From positions 1-43,152 of IMG/VR virus record IMGVR_UViG_3300031912_000026: a stretch of 43,152 nt of DNA, one strand, 5' to 3'. Position 1 is the stretch's first letter; every line of letters begins with the position of its first letter. This document shows positions 37,084-43,152 of the stretch, one piece after another. The position numbers and the translations under genes were made by a program. Source of the DNA: a virus. Taxonomy: Duplodnaviria > Caudoviricetes. The notes beneath the pieces were generated by a model that saw only the letters and a list, made by a program, of their open reading frames with translations, searched no databases and was not told the DNA's origin.

Positions 37084-37355
37084 CACTGAAAGCGGGAGAC
37101 CTACGCGCGGCGCTGATCAAGCTTGACCGCCGCTATGAGAAGCAAGGCGGTATGACGCAGGTGAGCCTAGCGAGATTGCTGGGGATAGCTCCGCGAACCC
37201 TGAGACATTGGCTCGCGGGACGCGGTAAAGCATCTGAGCCGTTCGCGCTGCTCGTCCAATTGCTACTAGAGCGCAACATCTCACCTGCACAACTGAGGAG
37301 GATACGCAAGGCATGGAGCGAACCGACAAAACCGAAAAAATCGTCGCGGAGTTGA
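37080..37355 (+). CDS. XRE/Cro-like HTH DNA-binding protein
   Basis: MTQVSLARLLGIAPRTLRHWLAG helix-turn-helix. Confidence 0.82.
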   Translation: MTLKAGDLRAALIKLDRRYEKQGGMTQVSLARLLGIAPRTLRHWLAGRGKASEPFALLVQLLLERNISPAQLRRIRKAWSEPTKPKKSSRS

Positions 37356-37570
37356 TCGACGTTCTAGATCGTCACTTTCCGCGCGCACACGAGGACTCAC
37401 AGCAAGCTAGTGACCGCTGCATCGCAGTCTCTAGCCTGACTGTGGCGCTGTTCCTCGCGCAACGCTTCAAGAACGGGCAACGCGGCCGCATGGACCTTTT
37501 CGACGCATTCCAGCAGATGGTACGGCGCGCGCTGGTGGAGAGCGCCAGGATGGGCGATGCAGTCGAGTAG
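37313..37570 (+). CDS. Small hypothetical protein
   Basis: GAGGAGG upstream; helical composition. Confidence 0.55.
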   Translation: MERTDKTEKIVAELIDVLDRHFPRAHEDSQQASDRCIAVSSLTVALFLAQRFKNGQRGRMDLFDAFQQMVRRALVESARMGDAVE

Positions 37571-37573
37571 GCA

Positions 37574-37629
37574 ATTTACACCGCACCAGTGATTTACACC
37601 GCACCAGTCGATTTACACCGCACCAGTCG
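37574..37629 (+). repeat. Three tandem copies of ATTTACACCGCACCAGT
   Basis: Exact 17-mers at 37574, 37592 and 37611 with 1-2 nt linkers; intergenic. Confidence 0.95.
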
Positions 37630-37645
37630 AAAACGAGGCACACGA

Positions 37646-37888
37646 ATGAGCACGGGCAACGTCTTACTGACGATCATGGTGTTCTGGATAATGCTGTTCT
37701 TTTTACACCTGATCAGTCTACTCAAAGAGGCAAGGAATGCTTTGCGGGCGATCGAGCGGCGCCAGCAGGCTGAGCTGGAGGCCCTCCACAACATCGCAAG
37801 GTTCGCTGGTCAGTCATCCAATGCACTGACCTACATCGTGAACAGGATTGAGTTTTGGGACCAGTACAGGAGGCGCGATGCCGCCTAA
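37646..37888 (+). CDS. Single-TM coiled-coil protein
   Basis: VLLTIMVFWIMLFFLHLISLL; GAGG SD. Confidence 0.65.
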   Translation: MSTGNVLLTIMVFWIMLFFLHLISLLKEARNALRAIERRQQAELEALHNIARFAGQSSNALTYIVNRIEFWDQYRRRDAA

Positions 37889-38102
37889 AGACAAGCTGCC
37901 GATGGGCGAGATGCTCTTCGTCATCAACACCGCGGAGAAAATGCGCGCCGTGATGGAGCGAAAGAAGCTGCGCCGCGCGAAAGCTCCGTGTCCCAAATGC
38001 CGCGGCATGCTGCACGCGGCTCTCTTCTCCGGCCGCGGTCCGAAGGGAACAGCTCTTCACATGCAGTGCGACGGCACCTGCAAGATGGTTTACATGGAAT
38101 GA
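37878..38102 (+). CDS. Zn-ribbon small protein
   Basis: CPKC...HMQCDGTC; AGGAGG SD. Confidence 0.6.
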   Translation: MPPKDKLPMGEMLFVINTAEKMRAVMERKKLRRAKAPCPKCRGMLHAALFSGRGPKGTALHMQCDGTCKMVYME

Positions 38103-38425
38103 GAAACCAAGAACGTACGGCCCTGCTCGGGCTGCTGAAGAGTCTCGCTGCGTCCAAGCAGACGCTGAGCAAAGCGGAGCAAGCCTCCGGTCATTACGTT
38201 GTTACCGGAAAGAACGGCTTCCTCGAAACTGTCAACGGCCGCTTCCTGATGCACGTCCAATATGCCTCCCTGCGGAGCTGGCAGCACGTCAAGCGCGTTT
38301 TGAAATGCACTGTGGTGTTCGAGGGCGACAACGGCGGAACGCTGCTCCTGGAGCTTCCTATTGAGCCTGAGAGGGCAAAGCTCGTCCGTCGATGGCTCGG
38401 GATCAGAAAAGGAAGGTGGGTGTGA
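38099..38425 (+). CDS. Conserved hypothetical protein
   Basis: ATGA-coupled; W..VKR.L...EGD.GG.L..LP...A..VR..LGIRK motif. Confidence 0.6.
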   Translation: MRNQERTALLGLLKSLAASKQTLSKAEQASGHYVVTGKNGFLETVNGRFLMHVQYASLRSWQHVKRVLKCTVVFEGDNGGTLLLELPIEPERAKLVRRWLGIRKGRWV

Positions 38426-38700
38426 TGGCGCTTAACGACGCAATGCGATTCGAGCTGCACTTTCTCGACACCGGGCAAGAATCCACAAGCAAGCCAGACA
38501 AGCGATACCCGCGCGGGATCGACCTGGACCTTGCAGGCAAGCGCGCGCCCACCTGCGTGACGCCGCTGCCCTACCCGGCGCCGCGCGTCGGCAAGTACGT
38601 ACTGCATTGCATGCTGTGCGGGCAGCGCGTCCTGATCACTGTGGCAGGTCGCCCCGACGATCCGCGGTCCTGTCGGCTCGCCTGCAACATCCTTCAATGA
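38425..38700 (+). CDS. Cys-rich hypothetical protein
   Basis: YPRGIDLD..C..LPYPA..HCMLCG..AGRPDDP; TGATG coupling. Confidence 0.6.
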   Translation: MALNDAMRFELHFLDTGQESTSKPDKRYPRGIDLDLAGKRAPTCVTPLPYPAPRVGKYVLHCMLCGQRVLITVAGRPDDPRSCRLACNILQ

Positions 38701-38755
38701 GCTGCACGGAATCTCCCGTACGGCTAATTTCGTGCAACTGAGGAGGTACACAAAC

Positions 38756-39061
38756 GTGAGTCAGAAATGTCGAATCATCGCTTTCCAGGTCCCAGGCTCC
38801 CGCGCAGGCGAGGCAATCACAGTCGCGCGCTGCGACGTCCACAACTGGGATATGGGGTACGGGCTCGCGCTCTCCGGATTGACTCAAGGGTCAATGTGTC
38901 CGCTGGGCCGGATCGAGCAGGCTGTGGATGACGGGGTCGACCGATTCAATCGCGAGATATTTCAACAATTTATGCAATACATGTCGGAGAGCACCAAGGC
39001 TCGGGAGGGCATGTTCAAGGCGAGCGAGGACCTGCGCACTGACCCGGAGGCTGCGCCATGA
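38756..39061 (+). CDS. Hypothetical protein
   Basis: GAGGAGG SD and GTG at 38756; CDVH..CPLGRIE. Confidence 0.55.
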   Translation: MSQKCRIIAFQVPGSRAGEAITVARCDVHNWDMGYGLALSGLTQGSMCPLGRIEQAVDDGVDRFNREIFQQFMQYMSESTKAREGMFKASEDLRTDPEAAP

Positions 39062-39492
39062 TCGACAACATTACCCACCTAGCTCCACAGTGGTGCCTGT
39101 GCTGCGGCGCCAAGATCACCGCGGCCGCGGAGATCGAGGACCTGCCGGTCACGCCAGAACCGGGCAATTACAACATCTGCCTGCATTGCTGTCATATTCA
39201 CGTCTACGGCGACAACTACCGGCTGCGAGAACCTACGGCTGAGGAATTTGCAGAGGCGATCGCCAATCCTGAGGTGCAAAAGACGCTGGTTTTTGCCAAG
39301 ACTTTCCAGGCATTTCGAGACGTCAACGCGGCCATAGGGGTATCCAGCCTGACAAACGAGCTGCTGCTCGCCACGGACCCGGCTGAGACTGCGCCGCAGT
39401 CTAAGCCGCCTTTTGAGGGTGAGACACCCCCGTCTCCCCGTGAACAGAAAAGCAACAAGCGCGAACGAATCACAAAGCACCGACGAAAATAG
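39058..39492 (+). CDS. Zn-finger hypothetical protein
   Basis: CLCCG..PEPG..ICLHC..LREPT; ATGA-coupled. Confidence 0.6.
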   Translation: MIDNITHLAPQWCLCCGAKITAAAEIEDLPVTPEPGNYNICLHCCHIHVYGDNYRLREPTAEEFAEAIANPEVQKTLVFAKTFQAFRDVNAAIGVSSLTNELLLATDPAETAPQSKPPFEGETPPSPREQKSNKRERITKHRRK

Positions 39493-39756
39493 CTCAGCTT
39501 AGTTTTCGCCGGTCTGCTACGGCTCAGCGGCCGCGCGGCCCGACCATAGCCCGGTCAAAGGTCTGTACCTCCCAACCCGGCTGCGCGGTTCCAATGTAGA
39601 ATCTCGGGAATAGAGCGATTCGATCGAGCGGGACCCCTAATCCTCACGAGTTAGGGGTCCGGCCCGTTGCTCCCAGCCTGCAGGTGGCGGACCTACCCAC
39701 TCGGAGCCTCTGACGCGCGCGTACGCCACGCGCCGCCCGCACTTCGCCCGTTAATA

Positions 39757-39832
39757 TGGTGCCGGGGGCAGGATTCGAACCTGCGACGCTTGGGTTTTCG
39801 ACCCAACGCTCTACCGCTGGAGCTACCCCGGC
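39757..39832 (-). tRNA. trnF: tRNA-Phe(GAA), atypical (C33, displaced A14), with encoded CCA
   Basis: GCCGGGG/CCCCGGC-ACCA acceptor, GCTC/GAGC D stem, TTGGG-TCGAAAA-CCCAA anticodon arm, GCAGG-TTCGAAT-CCTGC T arm; 76 nt. Confidence 0.88.
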
Positions 39833-39844
39833 ATGGGGTCGCTC

Positions 39845-40012
39845 CTATTGGTATGGGCACTTTGGAAAGTCAGGCAACAGATCGCCAGACTGGCAGGTAT
39901 TCCGCAACACGCTCTCAATCTGATGCGGCTCGAATATGTTGTTCGGGCTGCTAATCGCCAGCACAAGCAACGTGGCAGTAACAATACAAAATAACCAACT
40001 CAGAAAACGCAT
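39845..40012 (-). CDS. 55-aa protein with N-terminal TM/signal sequence (not in ORF track)
   Basis: MRFLSWLFCIVTATLLVLAISSPNNIFEPHQIESVLRNTCQSGDLLPDFPKCPYQ*; AGGAGG SD. Confidence 0.6.
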   Translation of the reverse strand: MRFLSWLFCIVTATLLVLAISSPNNIFEPHQIESVLRNTCQSGDLLPDFPKCPYQ

Positions 40013-40027
40013 GGGTTGAAATCCCTC

Positions 40028-40456
40028 CTATTTAGACCCACGAGGCCCAGGCGGCTTGCGGCTGTAAGTGCCGTTCTCCCGCCTGAGACTGACACCTGCC
40101 TTGGAGCAGGCGACCTGCAAGCTCGCCATGGTGGTGCCCAGGCGCGCGGCTATCTCGTCCCTGCTGACCCCCTGCGACGTCCACAGGGCAACCTGATCGA
40201 GGGCCTCCGGCGTGAAAACCCGCCTGCGTACGAGGTTCTCATTTTTGGTCGACGAAGGTTGTGAGCAGTTGCCGCTAGTTTTTGGCACAACCACCAGTCT
40301 CGTCATTTTCTCGAGTTCTGTTCGGCGCTGCAGCAAAGTCCTGCGCTCCGCGAGGAGCTTGCGCAGGTCCGTCTCAATGGTGCGCAGCATGTAGTCCAGG
40401 CGCTGGCGCTCAGCGTGAAGCTGAGCGCGCCAAGAATGGTGAGTCGACGCATGCAT
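40028..40456 (-). CDS. Coiled-coil + HTH protein
   Basis: VFTPEAL..GVSRDEIAARLGTTMASLQVACSKAGVSLRR HTH, a type familiar from Rhizobiales and their phages. Confidence 0.7.
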   Translation of the reverse strand: MHASTHHSWRAQLHAERQRLDYMLRTIETDLRKLLAERRTLLQRRTELEKMTRLVVVPKTSGNCSQPSSTKNENLVRRRVFTPEALDQVALWTSQGVSRDEIAARLGTTMASLQVACSKAGVSLRRENGTYSRKPPGPRGSK

Positions 40457-40460
40457 GGGC

Positions 40461-40640
40461 TCACCCGTGCTTCCGGTGATCGTGGGCGTGATCGGCGGCA
40501 TTCTCGGCGGACCAATCATTCGGATCGCACCACTGGCACTCCGAATCCATCTCGTCATTGACACAGCCGCAGCGCTGGCACTCCCAGGAGCGCGCCGGTA
40601 AATCGTCCGCGTCGGGACGGCAGTAAGCTGGATTTAACAT
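40461..40640 (-). CDS. 59-aa RanBP2-type zinc-finger protein (not in ORF track)
   Basis: MLNPAYCRPDADDLPARSWECQRCGCVNDEMDSECQWCDPNDWSAENAADHAHDHRKHG*; GGGAGA SD. Confidence 0.7.
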   Translation of the reverse strand: MLNPAYCRPDADDLPARSWECQRCGCVNDEMDSECQWCDPNDWSAENAADHAHDHRKHG

Positions 40641-40716
40641 TGACAGGTTCTCCCGCTGCGGAATGCAGCGAGAGATTGTCTAGGACCAAACTGCAGCTAG
40701 GTCAATAGGACCTAGC
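40638..40716 (-). promoter_or_regulatory. Early sigma70-type promoter with SD-occluding leader hairpin (P3)
   Basis: - strand TTGACC-N17-TAGACA, the hairpin TCTCTCGCTGC-attcc-GCAGCGGGAGA, then ACCTGTCAATG. Confidence 0.7.
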
Positions 40717-41389
40717 GCTTGTGCTTGGCCTTTTTCTTCTTGGGTGTGGGATGCTTGCGGCCGTTGCGCACGCGGGTGGGGGGCTTCACAACCTTTTTCA
40801 TTGGCTTGCGCTTCTTTTTCGGCGGCGGCTTGGCGTCCGGATCGTCCTTTTCGTGCAAATCGTCCGTTTCGTTCTCGCCCATGGGCTCCCGCTCAGGGAC
40901 CTGCTCGTTTGCCGTCTCGCGGCTCTCGCCGCCCTGCTCCAGGAAGCTCACTTCCTCCTGCCGGTATTGCTCGCCTGCATCCTGCTGCATTGCCGTCTCC
41001 ACTGCTGGTGCAAGCTCGGGGTCCCGCTCCTGCACGGCTTCCAACACTGCCTCTTCGGGCCTGACCCCGATCCCGCAGTCGCAGCGGAACATGTGCCACT
41101 CGTTCTGTCTGTCGCAATGGATGCAGCGCCAGCGTTTTTCCGGAATAACCATCTGACCCTCCATAATCTTGGTCATCTCGATTTCCCAAAAGAATACCTC
41201 ACATGAGATGCACACGCCCCTGATTGTGAACTGCCCTTTCGTGGCTACCCTGCAGTGCATCAGCTCGTCACCGCATCTAGGGCAATGGGTGATCTGAGCG
41301 TCCAGCGTCGCCTTGAGCTTCAGCATGATTTCCATCGGATTGTAAGGCATCACTTCCGCTTGGAAGCTTTCGGTCTCTGCTCGCTCCAT
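40712..41389 (-). CDS. Multi-Zn-finger protein with acidic then basic tail
   Basis: CPRC..CISC and WRCIHCDRQN..CDC; Lys-rich C-terminus. Confidence 0.6.
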   Translation of the reverse strand: MERAETESFQAEVMPYNPMEIMLKLKATLDAQITHCPRCGDELMHCRVATKGQFTIRGVCISCEVFFWEIEMTKIMEGQMVIPEKRWRCIHCDRQNEWHMFRCDCGIGVRPEEAVLEAVQERDPELAPAVETAMQQDAGEQYRQEEVSFLEQGGESRETANEQVPEREPMGENETDDLHEKDDPDAKPPPKKKRKPMKKVVKPPTRVRNGRKHPTPKKKKAKHKR

Positions 41390-41633
41390 GTTTAACCTCC
41401 ACTGTGGGCCTGAGCCCGTCTACAACCTCATGCACGATCCCGCGGAGATTCGTCATTTGCTTTTTGAGCAGTCCGATTTCTCCAAGCAGCTCCGACACAA
41501 AAGCCGCGCAGAAGAGCGACTCTATCTCGTATTCCTGCGGCACGTCAGGGTAAGTTTCGCTGTAATTCCAGCGATAGCCTGCTGCGTCGCGCCAACGCCA
41601 TGCATCAGGGCGCCTGTACTTCGGGGCCGTCAT
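41277..41633 (-). CDS. Hypothetical protein
   Basis: GGAGGG SD; PDAWRWR..Y.IESLF motif followed by a coiled coil. Confidence 0.55.
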   Translation of the reverse strand: MTAPKYRRPDAWRWRDAAGYRWNYSETYPDVPQEYEIESLFCAAFVSELLGEIGLLKKQMTNLRGIVHEVVDGLRPTVEVKHGASRDRKLPSGSDALQSDGNHAEAQGDAGRSDHPLP

Positions 41634-43152
41634 CTGTTCCCTCCGGTAGTGACCAGTAACCGTCCTTTTTCACAATCCCCAGGCTCTCAGCCGCGCGGAA
41701 AATCGTTGTCTGCGGAAAGCCGCCGCGTGCGTCCATTGCTCGCTGGACCGCCTTATGCTTCATCGGCCCGTCGCCCAGGATGTCACGGAGCACATCGCAG
41801 GCTGCTTGGTGCGTATCGCCGCCGCCTCCGTTGCCACGCTTCTTAGGACTGACCAAATCGTCAGCGCGGCCCTCCATGGTCTTGCCCCAGCTAAATATCC
41901 CCTCTGTGTCTTTCTTTTCGATGATGTCGAAAGTCATCAGATTAGGAATCTGACCTACCGGGTTGCACTTCACCACAGCCATAATGAAGTGGCTGGCGTC
42001 CTCCGCGCTCCGATGTACTGAGATGACGATCCGCGCGAGCCCGCCTATCGAGACGTTGCCCTGCCCTGCGTGGATTGCCCGCGTGTCTCCGCGCCGCTTG
42101 ACCAGATGGCGGATCACTACGATTGAGCAGTTGTACTTCTTTGCCCATTCCTTCAGCGGGCGCATGGAGCTGAGTGTTGTGTTGCCGCGATCCGTGTTGA
42201 CGGTATCGCCTACGAAAGCGTTCATGGTGTCAAAAATGGCGAGAGTGGGCCTGTGCTTCTCAAACTCAGCTTCAATCGCCTGCGCATGATCCGGATCGTT
42301 CCATTGCAAGGCATCATCAGAGACTAGAAAGTTGTCTGTGCTCTTGAGTCCGTTGTCCTCCAGGCGCCCTTTGACAGTTGACCTGAGACTGTTCTCAGCA
42401 TCGAACAGGAGAACCATGCCCTGCACCGGCTTGTTCGAATAGTTGTACCAGATGGGCAGCTCGTCTCCGTCAGCGATCGCCTTGCCCAGCATCTCCATCA
42501 CGTAGCTTTTGGCGTTGCCCGGATCACCCTCGATAATGGTCAGCTCTCCGCGCGCCAGCATCGGATGAAAAATCCAATCGGTTCTTTCCCTGCTCAGGAG
42601 CCCGATTGATTTGAAGTTGATGATCGCGCCATTCATTTCACCAGCGTCATGGCCGTTCGCCTTGCCCAGCCGCTTGGCCGCGGCTTTGTCGATTTCCTTT
42701 CTGAGCTGATCGGGCCGGTTCTTGAACTTGTTCCAAACAGTGCCGCTGATCAGCGTGTATATCTCGTCCGTCGATAGGCCCGCGCTGAGCAGCTTGTGAT
42801 AGGCGCCGAAGAGAACCTTGCTGCGATCCGTTCCAGGTGGGATTTTCTCGCGGAACAGCATGGGCCGCAGCTCTGCGATTTTCTTTTGATACTTCTTGTA
42901 GATCGCGAGCGCTGCACTGGGATCGTCGCTGCTGGGGGCTGCATCGACCTGTGGCAGGAGATTTTCTAGCCCAGCGATGGTGTAGACCGGCCCATTATCC
43001 CACAGGAGCCGTACCTTGGGCTCCTCTTCGTACTTGAAGTTAGTTGTCCCATCGACGCGAAGCACCTGCGTGGGGTCCCAGCCGCCTTTATCGGCGCCCA
43101 GGTGATAGGTGAGTCGCTGATTCAGCTCCCAGGTGATCGGCTCATCCACAAG
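41605..43152 (-). CDS. Primase-helicase (RepB-like primase C-terminal part + AAA_25/RecA-like helicase), 5'-truncated
   Basis: GADKGGWDPTQVLRV.GT.N.KY, DRS, EGDPGNAKS (Walker A), LFDAEN, IFDTMNAF, IRHL.K. Frame is open to the window end. Confidence 0.9.
   Translation of the reverse strand, partial: LVDEPITWELNQRLTYHLGADKGGWDPTQVLRVDGTTNFKYEEEPKVRLLWDNGPVYTIAGLENLLPQVDAAPSSDDPSAALAIYKKYQKKIAELRPMLFREKIPPGTDRSKVLFGAYHKLLSAGLSTDEIYTLISGTVWNKFKNRPDQLRKEIDKAAAKRLGKANGHDAGEMNGAIINFKSIGLLSRERTDWIFHPMLARGELTIIEGDPGNAKSYVMEMLGKAIADGDELPIWYNYSNKPVQGMVLLFDAENSLRSTVKGRLEDNGLKSTDNFLVSDDALQWNDPDHAQAIEAEFEKHRPTLAIFDTMNAFVGDTVNTDRGNTTLSSMRPLKEWAKKYNCSIVVIRHLVKRRGDTRAIHAGQGNVSIGGLARIVISVHRSAEDASHFIMAVVKCNPVGQIPNLMTFDIIEKKDTEGIFSWGKTMEGRADDLVSPKKRGNGGGGDTHQAACDVLRDILGDGPMKHKAVQRAMDARGGFPQTTIFRAAESLGIVKKDGYWSLPEGTDDGPEVQAP

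Noticed and set aside
37574-37629. Mini CRISPR array
   Set aside because: Repeats are only 17 bp and separated by 1-2 nt, so there are no spacers; no cas genes are present.
39500-39530. Hammerhead ribozyme on the - strand (CTGA-GCCG...CGGC-GAAA)
   Set aside because: The core lacks the NGA of CUGANGA, and I could not build stems I and III. No HDV/theta-like fold was evident directly after the tRNA CCA either.
39757-39832. tRNA as an attP/prophage boundary
   Set aside because: No integrase, no duplicated tRNA 3' end, and phage genes continue on both sides.
1-43152. Stop-codon reassignment, introns or inteins
   Set aside because: Core genes are intact in the standard code, TAA, TAG and TGA all end genes, and no homing-endonuclease or intein motifs were seen in pol, terL, helicase or primase.

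Overview
The window is a near-complete (~43 kb, GC-rich) tailed-phage genome with podovirus-type organisation. The host is probably an alphaproteobacterium (Rhizobiales-like; inferred from protein-family resemblance and promoter style). (1) + strand 1-6589, replication/recombination: family-A DNA polymerase (5'-truncated), Cas4/RecB-like exonuclease, Sak4-like ATPase, DUF669-like SSB, VRR-NUC nuclease, SNF2 helicase. (2) - strand 6634-33333, late operon: TerS, TerL, an Acb2-like anti-CBASS protein, portal, a two-domain peptidoglycan hydrolase, Ig-domain protein, scaffold, major capsid, tail adaptor/nozzle, GNAT, ejection proteins and three tail fibres. (3) An AT-rich, iteron-like palindromic locus at 33428-33572. 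(4) + strand 33602-39492, small early/host-takeover genes including DUF932 and an HTH protein. (5) - strand 39757-43152: primase-helicase (truncated), zinc-finger proteins and an atypical tRNA-Phe. No integrase, RNA polymerase or CRISPR array is visible. The best leads are a shared promoter/RNA-leader grammar in both early arms, the atypical tRNA with an adjacent structured non-coding region, a two-start Zn-finger/Acb2 gene in the packaging operon, a probable ATC start codon, and a probable plug-and-socket branched fibre system. All family calls come from motif recognition by eye, not database searches.
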